From NCBI GenBank assembly GCA_964507815.1, contig CAZDRT010000001.1, forward strand, positions 1 to 41,602: a stretch of DNA of 41,602 nt. The letters are read 5' to 3'. The position numbers were made by a program, and so were the translations under genes. Positions 26,127 to 36,741 of the stretch are shown here, one piece after another (the stretch's first letter is position 1; every line of letters starts with the position of its first letter). The stretch is from an uncultured Puniceicoccaceae bacterium (lineage in GTDB: Bacteria; Verrucomicrobiota; Verrucomicrobiia; Opitutales; Puniceicoccaceae). The notes below the pieces were generated by a model. It was not told the origin of the DNA. It searched no databases and was given only the letters and a program-made list of their open reading frames with translations.

Positions 26127-27284
26127 ATGCGGAGAAGCCAGCAGGCCAGCCGGGAGGGCGGGGGAGCGGACCCGGCGGCCCGTCACCGGCCCCCCGACGG
26201 CGACGGGGCCGACGGACCTTCGCGCCCGGCCCCGCGGCGGACCACCTGGTTGGGGCGGCTCTTCTCCCTCGTGGTGCCCCCCCGGGGCCAACGGAACCGA
26301 CCGACGGTTTCGGGCCTGCTTCTCATTATGGTCGCGGTCGGGATCGGGGTGGCGGCCTACAACACCGCCAGCAACATCCTTTTTCTGGTCCTTTCCTTCG
26401 TCCTCGCGCTCCTCATCGTGAACGGAATCCTCTCCGTTCTCAATTTCCGGAAGCTCTCGTGGGAGGTTTCCGTGCCAGGCGGATGCCGGGCCGGGCAGAA
26501 TCTCCCGGGGACCCTGCGGCTGACCAACGGTAAAAAGTTCTTCGGGTCGCGGGCGGTCTGGTTCCTGGTCCGCGTAAACGGCGGACCGCCGCGGAAGGTC
26601 TTTCTCCGCGAACGGATTCCTCCGGGGGGCTCGGTTGATCTCGCCTTCACCCTCGACCCGGCTTCCCGCGGGCGGGCGTGCCTCCGGGTGGTCGGGCCGG
26701 AGTCCACCTTTCCCTTCGGATTCCTCCGCAAACAGACCGGGTCTTTCGTGGAGATGGAAACCCTCGTCTGGCCGACCCTCGAGGAGCGGATTCCGAACCC
26801 GCCCCAGGCCCGGCGGATATCCTTCGGCGGGGGCGTCCGGCGGCGCATGGGTTCCGGGACCGATCTGGTCCAGTTGCGCGAGTATCAGCGGGGCGATCCG
26901 CCGCGGCGGATCCACTGGAAGGCGACCGCCCGCAGCGGACGGCTCATGATCCGGCAGCTCGCCGAGGACGGGAGCGGCTCCTTCGTCCTCCACGTCAACT
27001 GCAGCGAGACCCTCTGGCCCGACGATGCCTCCTTCGAAGCCTTTCTGAGCCGGGTATCGACGGTGGCCGGTGAACTTTTCAAGAAAGAGCGGCTGGCGGG
27101 ATACGTCTTTGACCGGGAGGAGTTCCGTCCCGTCCGCCACATTTCCGACCTCAAGGCCCTGAACGACTCCCTCGCCCTGGCCGGGCCCAGCCCGGGGCAC
27201 GTGGGAGCGGTCTCCGTCCGGGGCAACCTGATCCGGTTCCGGCCCACCGCGGAGGGTGCCGTCGCCATGGAGACCGCCCTATGA
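26127..27284 (+). CDS. DUF58 domain protein
   Basis: AAYNT..N.L TM pair, FPFG and LREYQ.GD..R.IHWKATAR; canonical position after moxR. Start approximate. Confidence 0.9.
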   Translation: MRRSQQASREGGGADPAARHRPPDGDGADGPSRPAPRRTTWLGRLFSLVVPPRGQRNRPTVSGLLLIMVAVGIGVAAYNTASNILFLVLSFVLALLIVNGILSVLNFRKLSWEVSVPGGCRAGQNLPGTLRLTNGKKFFGSRAVWFLVRVNGGPPRKVFLRERIPPGGSVDLAFTLDPASRGRACLRVVGPESTFPFGFLRKQTGSFVEMETLVWPTLEERIPNPPQARRISFGGGVRRRMGSGTDLVQLREYQRGDPPRRIHWKATARSGRLMIRQLAEDGSGSFVLHVNCSETLWPDDASFEAFLSRVSTVAGELFKKERLAGYVFDREEFRPVRHISDLKALNDSLALAGPSPGHVGAVSVRGNLIRFRPTAEGAVAMETAL

Positions 27285-29503
27285 GCGAGAGCCGGACGGT
27301 CGATCTCATCCACGTGAAGTGGTTTCTCGGGCAGGCGCTCGCCCTCCTCTCCCTCTGGACGGTCGCCGGGCTCGATCTCGCGCGCGGGCCCGTCCTTGTC
27401 GCGGTCTTTGCGGTGACGGCCGCCGTCACGCTGTTTCCGGGACTCCCGGGCCGCATCCGTCCGCCTTTCCGGCGTTTGGCCGCGCCGCTTCTTGTTGTCG
27501 TATTCCTCGTCGATCTGGTGTCCGCCGGCCGGGACATCATCCCCCCCATGGTCCGGCTCCTCCTCGTTCTCCTGGCCATCCGGGTGGCCTCCCACCGCTC
27601 CAACCGCGAGGATCTGCAGTTGATCCTTCTGGCGATGTTCCTTTCGGTCGTCTCGGGGGTCTTCACCCTCTCGATGCTTTTCGCCGTCCAGGCCTTCCTT
27701 TTCGCGCTTTTCGCGATCGGGCTGCTGTACGTGGTCAACCTGCTCGAGTCGTCCGGGGAAAAGGGCGGGGAATCCGAAGACTGGGCGGAATTCACCTGGA
27801 AGGAATTCCTCGGCTACGCGCGGCGATCCTTTCACCCCGGCATGATCCGCTCGCTCGCCCTCCTCTTCGTTCTCCTGGTCGGCACGACGGGGATCCTCTT
27901 CGTGGCCATCCCGCGCGTCCATCTGGACCAGGCGGTCCCTTTCCTGCGCCTTCCCCAGGCCGGACTCAGCGGGTTCAGCGACGTGGTCCGCTTCGGCGAC
28001 GTGACCCGGATTCAGGAAGACGACGGGATCGCCATGCAGGTCGATGTGCCGGATATCGAATCCCTCCCCGACGACCCTTACTGGCGGATGCTCGTCCTGG
28101 ACCGCTATGAGAAAGGGGCCTTCATCAGCAGCCTCTTCGGCTCCGGGGACGGCGAACGCTCCTCCCGTCCGGTGCATACCCTCTCGCCGTTTCCGGATGA
28201 CTGGTTCGCGGACCCGGGCCGGGGCGACGGGTCCTGGACCTTTTATCTGGAACCGGGCGTCAGCCGCTATCTGCCGATCCTCGGTCCGTTCGCGGAGATC
28301 CGGTTCCAGGGCCGCCAGCCCTTCCGGTCGGATCCACAGATCCTGGTCTTCAGCATCCCGCGCGCCTCCGGATCGGTCTTTTCCTACCAGGTGCGGGACT
28401 TCCGGTTCGGGGCCAGCGTGCCCGCGAGCGGACTGGACGAGCCGCTCCTGACTTTGGATCGCGCCGCCACGGTGGAGGAGGCGAACGCCTACCCGCTGAC
28501 CACACTCGGCCTGCCCTTCGAGGCCGGGGACCGGGAATTCCTCCGGGGGCTCACGGCGGAGATTCTGGGAGAGACGCGGGAACGGACCCCGGTCGAGATG
28601 GCGGGCGAGATCGCCGCCTACCTGCGGAGCCGCCACTCCTACAGCCTCTCGCCGGGGAGCTTCGGGGGGGGGGATCCGATCATCCAATGGCTGGAGAGCG
28701 AACGCTCCGGACACTGCGAGTTGTTCGCGGGCGCCTTCGCGGTGCTCGCCCGCACGGCGGGTATCCCGACCCGGATGGTCGTCGGGTTCAACGGCGGGTC
28801 GTGGAATTCCTACGAGGACTACTTTGTGGTCCGCAACCGCAACGCCCACGCCTGGTGCGAGATTTTCGACGGCAACGCGTGGGTACGCTTCGATCCCACT
28901 CCCGGCGGCTCGGGCAGCGGGCCCGGCGGCGACTTTTCCGGATCGGAAGTCGGCTTTCTCCGGGAGGCCGGATTCCAGGCCTGGATCGACAGCCTGCGGG
29001 TCATGTGGTACCGGCGGGTCATCAACTTCGACGACGCCTCGCAGGAGGAATTCGTCGAGGGAGTATCGACGGCCTTCCAGCGGATGGGAAAAGACCTGCG
29101 GGGATGGATCGGCGATATGGGAGATACGGTGGCCGCGAGCGCGAAGAAATATTGGCGGATCCTCGCGGGCACCCCGCTCTCCTGGATTCCGGTGGTTTTT
29201 CTTCTCGCGGGCGGCTTCCTGTTGATCCGCTGGCTGGGACGGCACCCCGGCTCTCTCTGGAGCAGGGCTTCCCGCAAATCCCTCCACCCCCTCCGACGCC
29301 GGGCCGCCCGCGAGTTGCGCCGTCTCGATTCGATCACTGCGTCGGACGCGTTTTCGGAAGAGGAGGCTCTCCGCGACGAACTGAGGCAGCGCCTCCTCGC
29401 CGTCCGCTTTGGAAGAAATCCCGAACCGTCCGAAGCCTTCCGCCTTTTCCGCCGCACCCGCCGTTTCACCCGCGGTCGGAAGAGCGCGCGTTCCGCGAGG
29501 TAG
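27281..29503 (+). CDS. DUF3488/transglutaminase-like membrane protein (TgpA-like)
   Basis: N-terminal TMs, YWR..VLD.Y, GHCELFA, GIPTRMVVGF.GG, AHAWCE and WVRFDPTP (Cys-His-Asp triad). Confidence 0.92.
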   Translation: MSESRTVDLIHVKWFLGQALALLSLWTVAGLDLARGPVLVAVFAVTAAVTLFPGLPGRIRPPFRRLAAPLLVVVFLVDLVSAGRDIIPPMVRLLLVLLAIRVASHRSNREDLQLILLAMFLSVVSGVFTLSMLFAVQAFLFALFAIGLLYVVNLLESSGEKGGESEDWAEFTWKEFLGYARRSFHPGMIRSLALLFVLLVGTTGILFVAIPRVHLDQAVPFLRLPQAGLSGFSDVVRFGDVTRIQEDDGIAMQVDVPDIESLPDDPYWRMLVLDRYEKGAFISSLFGSGDGERSSRPVHTLSPFPDDWFADPGRGDGSWTFYLEPGVSRYLPILGPFAEIRFQGRQPFRSDPQILVFSIPRASGSVFSYQVRDFRFGASVPASGLDEPLLTLDRAATVEEANAYPLTTLGLPFEAGDREFLRGLTAEILGETRERTPVEMAGEIAAYLRSRHSYSLSPGSFGGGDPIIQWLESERSGHCELFAGAFAVLARTAGIPTRMVVGFNGGSWNSYEDYFVVRNRNAHAWCEIFDGNAWVRFDPTPGGSGSGPGGDFSGSEVGFLREAGFQAWIDSLRVMWYRRVINFDDASQEEFVEGVSTAFQRMGKDLRGWIGDMGDTVAASAKKYWRILAGTPLSWIPVVFLLAGGFLLIRWLGRHPGSLWSRASRKSLHPLRRRAARELRRLDSITASDAFSEEEALRDELRQRLLAVRFGRNPEPSEAFRLFRRTRRFTRGRKSARSAR

Positions 29504-29589
29504 AGGAGCAGCGAAAGCCGTTTCCGCAAGGTAGAGGAACGGCGAAAGCCGTTTCCGCAAGGTAGAGGAACGGCGAAAGCCGTTTCTAC
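29491..29589 (+). repeat. Three tandem 31-bp GTAG-headed hairpin units (family E)
   Basis: GTAGAGGAACGGCGAAAGCCGTTTCCGCAAG at 29500 (variant), 29531 and 29562; GAAA-loop hairpin; the array ends in CTAC; no spacers. Confidence 0.92.
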
Positions 29590-29701
29590 GGACGGTTTAG
29601 AGATTCCGGATTTGCAAAGACGATTCGTTTCCCGCTTATTGAACGGTTTCCGTGTTCCCGCGCGAGGGGCGATCCCGCCCCGGTGGGGACCGGGGCGTAC
29701 G

Positions 29702-31156
29702 ATGTCTTTTTTTCCCACAGGCCGCACCGTTTTCCGCAAAGTCCTTCCCCTCCTTCTCCTGGGGTGCTCCCTCTCCCCGGCTTCCGGGGTGTGGAAAGTC
29801 GGCGAGAATTTCTGGCCGATTTCCGTCGATTCCGAGGAGGGCGACAGGCAAACGCGGGAGATGCTCGGCCCGTTCATCGAGCGGTATTCGGCCCCGGATC
29901 AGGACTGGACCGCCGTGCGCCCCCTTTGGATCCGCTACGATGAAAACGTCCCCCTGAATCCGCGGAGTCTCTACGTGCTCTACCCGCTTTTCAGCTATCG
30001 GGCGACCGACCCTGGCTACTACTGGAATCTTTTCTACTTTTTCCGCGGGTCCCGGTACGAGACCGGTGGAGAGGTGGACAGCGAGGATTTCGAGATTTTC
30101 CCCTTCTACTTCGACCGCGAAAACCACCGCATTCCCGAGCTTTCCTACTGGGGGTTCCTTCCGTTCTACGGCGAGGTGAAGAACCGCCTTTTCCACGACC
30201 GCATTTTCTGGACGTTGTTCCCCCTCTACACCGGTTGGGAGAACAACGGCGAAATCACCTACGGCACCCCCTGGCCCTTCGTCCGCTACCGCACGGGGAA
30301 CGGGAGCGGTGGGTTCGCCCTCTGGCCGCTCTTCGGCACCTTCGAGCGGCCCGGCCACTACCGGTACCGCTACCTGCTCTGGCCCCTGATCTACGAACGG
30401 GTCAGCGGTCTCGATCAGGAGGAACCGCAGGCGAGCTACGGGTTCCTCCCCTTCTACACCTACGACGAGGGTCCGGGGGGAATGGTCTCGGAGTCCTACC
30501 TGTGGCCGTTCTTCGGATACACCGACCGCGAGGAGCCGTACTACCGGGAAACCCGTTACTTCTGGCCGTTTCTGGTGCAGGGCCGGGGGACCCCCTACGT
30601 GAACCGGTGGGGGCCGTTCTACACCCATTCGATCCGCAACGGAGTGGACAAAAAGTGGTTCATGTGGCCGCTCCTGAAGCGCAAGTCCTTCGACACGCCC
30701 CAACTGCACGTGCGCAACTGGAGCTTTCTCTACGTCCTCTATTGGAACCAGACCCAGACCGCGCTGGACGAATCGGTCGATTTCAAGGCTTCGAAGACCT
30801 TTGTGTGGCCTTTGTTCAGCCACTGGGACAGCGGACAGGGGGAAGAACAGTTCCAACTGCTGACTCCGCTGATCCCCTGGTTCAAGCACAACGAAGTGGT
30901 CCGGGATCTCTATTCCCCTCTGTTTGCCCTCTACCGCTATCAGGGGAACGACGAATCCGCCACCTGGAGACGCGATTTCCTCTTCAACCTGATCACGGTG
31001 GAAAAGCGGGAGTCCGGGCGGCGGGTCACGCTCGGCCCGGTCCTCGACGTGCGGACCGGCGAAGAGGAGGGCGGCTTTTCGATCCTCCACGGACTGTTCG
31101 GCAGGAGCCGCGAGGACGGAGAGACCCATTGGCGGCTGTTTTGGTTCAAGTTATGA
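29702..31156 (+). CDS. Exported aromatic-rich repeat protein (WPL/WPF/FPF repeats), probably outer-membrane associated
   Basis: Signal-like LPLLLLGCSLSPA, about 18 recurrences of aromatic-Pro-(L/F)-aromatic, and a C-terminal WRLFWFKL. Start approximate. Confidence 0.8.
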   Translation: MSFFPTGRTVFRKVLPLLLLGCSLSPASGVWKVGENFWPISVDSEEGDRQTREMLGPFIERYSAPDQDWTAVRPLWIRYDENVPLNPRSLYVLYPLFSYRATDPGYYWNLFYFFRGSRYETGGEVDSEDFEIFPFYFDRENHRIPELSYWGFLPFYGEVKNRLFHDRIFWTLFPLYTGWENNGEITYGTPWPFVRYRTGNGSGGFALWPLFGTFERPGHYRYRYLLWPLIYERVSGLDQEEPQASYGFLPFYTYDEGPGGMVSESYLWPFFGYTDREEPYYRETRYFWPFLVQGRGTPYVNRWGPFYTHSIRNGVDKKWFMWPLLKRKSFDTPQLHVRNWSFLYVLYWNQTQTALDESVDFKASKTFVWPLFSHWDSGQGEEQFQLLTPLIPWFKHNEVVRDLYSPLFALYRYQGNDESATWRRDFLFNLITVEKRESGRRVTLGPVLDVRTGEEEGGFSILHGLFGRSREDGETHWRLFWFKL

Positions 31157-31217
31157 AGAAGAACGTGGGAATCCGAATTGAACGCGGGACGGTTTTCCCG
31201 CATGATGCGGGGGATCG

Positions 31218-31973
31218 ATGGTGAACCGGTTGAAAAGGTATCTGGACGAAGTGGGCTACCACGTCGTGTTGCTGGGTAGCGCAGCCCGCCACCTGCCGGC
31301 CTTGCCGCACCAGGTCAAACGGGTCCTCCTCTATTGCTTCGAGATGGGCTACAAGACCTTTCCCATCGTCGCGATCCTGAGCTTCTTCATCGGCGCGGTC
31401 CTCGCGCTCCAGACCGGGTTCGCCCTCCAGCAGGTCGGCGCCCAGTCGTTCATCGGCTCCATCGTCGGCCTTTCCCTCTGCCGCGAGCTGGCACCCGTGA
31501 TGACGGCTTTCCTCCTCGCCGGACGGGTCGGGTCGGCGACCACCGCCGAGCTGGCCTCCATGAAGGTGTACCAGGAGATCGACGCCCTGCAGACGATGAA
31601 CATCTCGCCCGATCGCATCCTCGTCATGCCGCGCCTGGTCGCCGTGTTTTTCGTCATGCCGATCCTCACGATGTTTTCGATCTTCATCGGATGGTTCGGG
31701 GGCATGGTGGTTTCAAAATACGTGGATTTTATCTCGCTCTCGCCGACGATTTACTGGCGGGGGATGATGGATTTCGTCGTCACCGGCGACGTGACCGACG
31801 GCATCATCAAGGGGCAGATTTTCGGATTTTTCGTCATCCTGATCTCCTGCGCCCAGGGGTTGAACACCACCGGCGGTCCCCGCGAGATCGGCTTTTCGGT
31901 CACCCGGGCGGTCGTTTTGTCCATGATCTTCATTCTCTTCAGCGACTACTTCATCACGAAGGCCCTCATGTAA
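31218..31973 (+). CDS. mlaE: MlaE-family ABC permease
   Basis: FIG.VLALQ, RELAPV.TA.LLAGRVGS..TAEL.SM...EIDAL and LV.PR. Confidence 0.93.
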   Translation: MVNRLKRYLDEVGYHVVLLGSAARHLPALPHQVKRVLLYCFEMGYKTFPIVAILSFFIGAVLALQTGFALQQVGAQSFIGSIVGLSLCRELAPVMTAFLLAGRVGSATTAELASMKVYQEIDALQTMNISPDRILVMPRLVAVFFVMPILTMFSIFIGWFGGMVVSKYVDFISLSPTIYWRGMMDFVVTGDVTDGIIKGQIFGFFVILISCAQGLNTTGGPREIGFSVTRAVVLSMIFILFSDYFITKALM

Positions 31974-31977
31974 TCCC

Positions 31978-32763
31978 ATGGCGATTTGTTCCGAAAAAGA
32001 GTCCGTTTGCGTCACCGTCGATCAAGTCGGGGTGCGGTTCGGGGAAACACAGGTCCTCTCCGACGTGAGTTTCAAAGTCGATTCCGGCGAAATTTTCGTC
32101 ATCATGGGTCCGAGCGGTTCGGGGAAATCGGTTCTGCTGCGCACCCTGATCGGCCTGCTGAAACCGACTTCCGGCCGGGTCCTCATCGGTGATTTGGACG
32201 CAAACGACCGCCGCACGCACCAGACGGTGAAAACGGCCCTCGTCTTCCAGGCCGGCGCGCTCTTCAACAGTCTGACGGTTTTCGACAATCTGGCCTTTTA
32301 TCCGAGGGAGCACCGGCTGGCCTCCGAAAAGGACATCCGCTCGAAAGTGGAGGAAGCCCTCGAAATGCTTTCGCTCAAAGATGCGGCGGAAAAGATCCCG
32401 GCCGAGCTGAGCGGGGGCATGCGCAAGCGGGTGGCCATCGCCCGCGCGCTCGTCATGGAGCCCCAGCTCCTGCTCTACGACGAACCCACCTCGGAGCTGG
32501 ACCCGACGATGGGCGCGACGATCAGCGAGGTCATCGCGACCCTGCGCGAAGAGCTGAACGTGACGAGCATCGTCGTCTCCCACGACCGCGATCTGGCCGA
32601 GAACATTTCGGACCGCATGATCGTTCTCAAGGACGGGATCATCCGGGCCTCGGGCACCGCGGAGGAGATCATGGCGGAGGATTCCGAGGAAATCCGCGAA
32701 TTTTTCAGACCGGAAATCGATCTTGAGAATCCCCGGTTTCGCAAGCTTACTAACGGAGGTTAA
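31978..32763 (+). CDS. mlaF: MlaF-family ABC ATPase
   Basis: GPSGSGKS, FQ.GALFNSLTV..N, ELSGGMRKRVAIARA and LLYDEPT. Confidence 0.92.
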   Translation: MAICSEKESVCVTVDQVGVRFGETQVLSDVSFKVDSGEIFVIMGPSGSGKSVLLRTLIGLLKPTSGRVLIGDLDANDRRTHQTVKTALVFQAGALFNSLTVFDNLAFYPREHRLASEKDIRSKVEEALEMLSLKDAAEKIPAELSGGMRKRVAIARALVMEPQLLLYDEPTSELDPTMGATISEVIATLREELNVTSIVVSHDRDLAENISDRMIVLKDGIIRASGTAEEIMAEDSEEIREFFRPEIDLENPRFRKLTNGG

Positions 32764-32766
32764 ACC

Positions 32767-33756
32767 ATGAGCGACAAAGCACAATACAGCGGGGTCGGGC
32801 TGTTCTTCATCATCGGCCTGGTGATTACGTATTTCGTATATACGTCCCTTTCCAAGATGGGGGCGGGCGACGCCGACGGCTACACCGTCGATGCCCCCTT
32901 CAACGACATCCTCCAGCTCCGCGTGGGGGACGACGTGCGGATGTCCGGGGTCAAGATCGGCGTCGTGGTCTCGACCAGGCTCGAGGAGGGGAAAGCGGTT
33001 GCGGGCCTCTCCGTGCGCGACCAATACAAGATCCCGGCCGACTCCGAGGCCTCGATTTCAATGGCGGGCCTGCTCGGGACCAACTTCGTCGCGATCGAGA
33101 TGGGCGGGGATCGGTCGAATTTCCTGAAGGCGGGGGATTCGGTCGCGACCCGGAAATCCGTCGATATCAACCAGATTTTCGAGGAGGTCGGTGCCGTCGC
33201 CAACCGCATCGACACGGCGCTTTCCGACATCGGCAACATGTTCGGCGGGAAAGACGGGGGCGGCCTGTTCGCGGAGGTGGAGGCGCTCGTCACCGAAAAC
33301 CGCTCCCGGATCGGCAACTCCCTCGAGAACATCGAAGCGATCACCACCCAGCTGCGCGAGGGCAGGGGCACGGTCGGCAAGCTCCTTTTCGACGATGCCG
33401 GATACAACGAGCTGATGGCGGCGGTCGGTGAGATCCGCTCGGCCGCCGGGCAGGCCGACCGGATGCTCGGCTCCGTCCAGTCCGTCGTCGATCACGTCAA
33501 GAGCGGCGAGGGCTCCCTCGGCGAGCTGCTCTACGGGGACGCCATCGCCGACGAACTCAAGGCCACCCTCGCCAACGTGAAGGACTTCTCCGACCGCCTC
33601 AACAACCCGGATTCCACCATCGGGCGCCTGCTCGGCGACGACCAGATCTACTTCGAGGTCCAGTCCGTCATCCGCAAGGCGAACCGGACCCTCGACAGCA
33701 TCGACGACGCGGGGCCGATTTCGGCCGTGGGCGTGGCGACCGGGGCGCTGTTCTGA
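32767..33756 (+). CDS. mlaD: MlaD/MCE protein with a long helical C-terminal region
   Basis: N-terminal TM; L..G..V...GV.IG.V and GLLG..FV.I; repeats GTVGKLL / GSLGELL / STIGRLL. Confidence 0.9.
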   Translation: MSDKAQYSGVGLFFIIGLVITYFVYTSLSKMGAGDADGYTVDAPFNDILQLRVGDDVRMSGVKIGVVVSTRLEEGKAVAGLSVRDQYKIPADSEASISMAGLLGTNFVAIEMGGDRSNFLKAGDSVATRKSVDINQIFEEVGAVANRIDTALSDIGNMFGGKDGGGLFAEVEALVTENRSRIGNSLENIEAITTQLREGRGTVGKLLFDDAGYNELMAAVGEIRSAAGQADRMLGSVQSVVDHVKSGEGSLGELLYGDAIADELKATLANVKDFSDRLNNPDSTIGRLLGDDQIYFEVQSVIRKANRTLDSIDDAGPISAVGVATGALF

Positions 33757-33766
33757 AAACGGCACA

Positions 33767-33816
33767 CCGGTTTTCCGGTTCCCGGTTTTCGGTCTCCAGT
33801 TTACCAGTTTCCGGTT
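33767..33816 (+). repeat. Degenerate ~7-mer tandem repeat (TCCGGTT-like)
   Basis: CCGGTTTTCCGGTTCCCGGTTTTCGGTCTCCAGTTTACCAGTTTCCGGTT lies between the mlaD stop and the MITE left end. Confidence 0.7.
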
Positions 33817-34201
33817 GGAGGTAACCGCAACTGCGTGGAGAAAAATCGTAAAACATCGCTGTTTTGAAATGGGCCGATATTCCATCGGTTGAGGGAGGGC
33901 GGCTGCCGTGCCACGGCGTGGCAGTGTCTCGAGTCGGTTGCTATCAGCGGATGGGACTGGGGGCAAACACTGGACGAAAAGAAGTTTTGCGAAGACGGGT
34001 CCTCAGCCGCCGCATTGCGGGAAAGAGAATGGAAAGCCACGGAATAAATTCGGCGGCGCGGGCATCTTCCGGAAGTGCATCGGATCCCCCTCCGACGTAT
34101 CGCGGCGGCTGGGGACAGCCGCCCTCCCGCCGTAGTTCGGCGGCGTACGCACTATTATCGAAAAATTTTGATATTCCCTCCTCGCACTTGTGGTTACACC
34201 C
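33817..34201 (+). mobile_element. 385-bp MITE-like composite element (full copy)
   Basis: Ends GGAGGTAACCGCAACTGCGTGGAG and CTCCTCGCACTTGTGGTTACACCC are imperfect inverted repeats. The interior has a split REP (33893-33905 and 34000-34012) and an inverted intact REP (34103-34128). Four related copies occur in the window. Confidence 0.88.
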
Positions 34202-34288
34202 AAGATCCCCGGAACGGACTGTTCCGTCTTGACCCCGGCCTTTCCAAGTGCGATTCCTTCAATTCGGAACCCTACTGTTCCGCCGTAA

Positions 34289-35617
<1,329 letters not shown>

Positions 35618-35646
35618 CGCCCCCTCCCCGGCCTGGACTGGCTTCC

Positions 35647-35689
35647 CGCAACCGCCGTCGCCCCCCCTCCCGGGACGGCGGCGGTTGCG
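35647..35689. terminator. GC-rich hairpin between convergent genes
   Basis: CGCAACCGCCGTCG ... CGGCGGCGGTTGCG forms a 14-bp stem; no U-tract. Confidence 0.5.
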
Positions 35690-35722
35690 CCGGGATCGCG
35701 ATCACCGCTCCCATTCAATCCC

Positions 35723-36694
35723 TCACCCGCGTGAGGAATCATCCCACCGCTGTGTCCCCTGCAGGCGGCGGCAGGCCTGCCGGATGCGGGTGCTCCAGCG
35801 ACCGTTGTAGCGACCCTTGCTCTGGTGGCGGATGCGGTGGACACCGGAGACATCGACGGGGATTCCCGGCGTGCGCAGCAACCAGCGTAGCGCTCTGTCT
35901 TCGTAAGCCTTCGCCCAGCGCCGGACCGGTTTCTGGTAATACGACAGGCCCCCGCAGTAGCCGCACGCCCGGGCCGTGTCCCCGTGAACGATCTGGAGCG
36001 GACCGGTCGCCCGCCGGGTTTCCTCCTCCTCGAAAAGATCGGGATCCACGTCGGGTCCGAAAGGCCGGGCAAAGTCGCCCGCCAGTATCGGGTGGTCGGA
36101 CGCCAGGAGCGGAGTGACCCGCTCCCGGTTCGGAAAGACGAGGTGATCCGTTCGCCCCCGGAGCGCCCCGGCCAGTTCATCCAGACAATTCTCCCGGAAA
36201 AGAACATCGCAATCGGTAAACCAGATCCAGTCCGCATCCGTCCGCAGAGCCGCCTCGTTTCGGCCGATGGCCCGGCGGAAAAGAGAGGTTTCGGGGAGGG
36301 TCCGCCAGTTCCACCGGACTCCTTGCGGCGGCCGGGATTCGAAACGATTCAAAACCCGCGCCGTATCGGTATCCGAGGCGGCGTGGTAAACGGTCACCGT
36401 CAACTCCAGAGCCCCGGGGGGGAAGCGGACCACCGAGTTCAACTGGTGGGTCAGGAACGGGGCGTAGCGCCAGCAGTGGCTCACGATTTCGAGGCGCAGG
36501 GGGCGGCCCGCCGGCGGCTTCGGCGCGGTCGCCGGCAACTCCGGGAGAAACCAACGGGCGGGCACGTGTCCGCCGGCGGCCACACGCAGCCCGATCCCGA
36601 CGAACGGATCGGTCCAGCTCGGCTTGAGTTCGGAAGCGGACGGCACATTCGTACGATGCGGGTGCCCGGGGTACCGCGCAAGAATCGATTCCAA
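35723..36694 (-). CDS. GT-A fold (GT2-like) glycosyltransferase
   Basis: LEIVSHCW.Y, RAIGRN.AA...ADWIWFTDCD (DxD), ED and RIRH. Start uncertain. Confidence 0.75.
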   Translation of the reverse strand: MESILARYPGHPHRTNVPSASELKPSWTDPFVGIGLRVAAGGHVPARWFLPELPATAPKPPAGRPLRLEIVSHCWRYAPFLTHQLNSVVRFPPGALELTVTVYHAASDTDTARVLNRFESRPPQGVRWNWRTLPETSLFRRAIGRNEAALRTDADWIWFTDCDVLFRENCLDELAGALRGRTDHLVFPNRERVTPLLASDHPILAGDFARPFGPDVDPDLFEEEETRRATGPLQIVHGDTARACGYCGGLSYYQKPVRRWAKAYEDRALRWLLRTPGIPVDVSGVHRIRHQSKGRYNGRWSTRIRQACRRLQGTQRWDDSSRG

Positions 36695-36741
36695 GTTTGA
36701 GTTGCGCTGCGACCGCCCGGATCTGATAGATTCCGTCCACA

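Noticed and set aside
26885-29560. Long antisense ORFs (e.g. 26885-29560, 12215-13942, 29636-31129, 34259-35446)
   Set aside because: These are shadow frames of well-supported genes in GC-rich DNA and have no motifs.
29491-29589. CRISPR array (31-bp palindromic repeats)
   Set aside because: The units are head-to-tail with no spacers, and there are no cas genes in the window.
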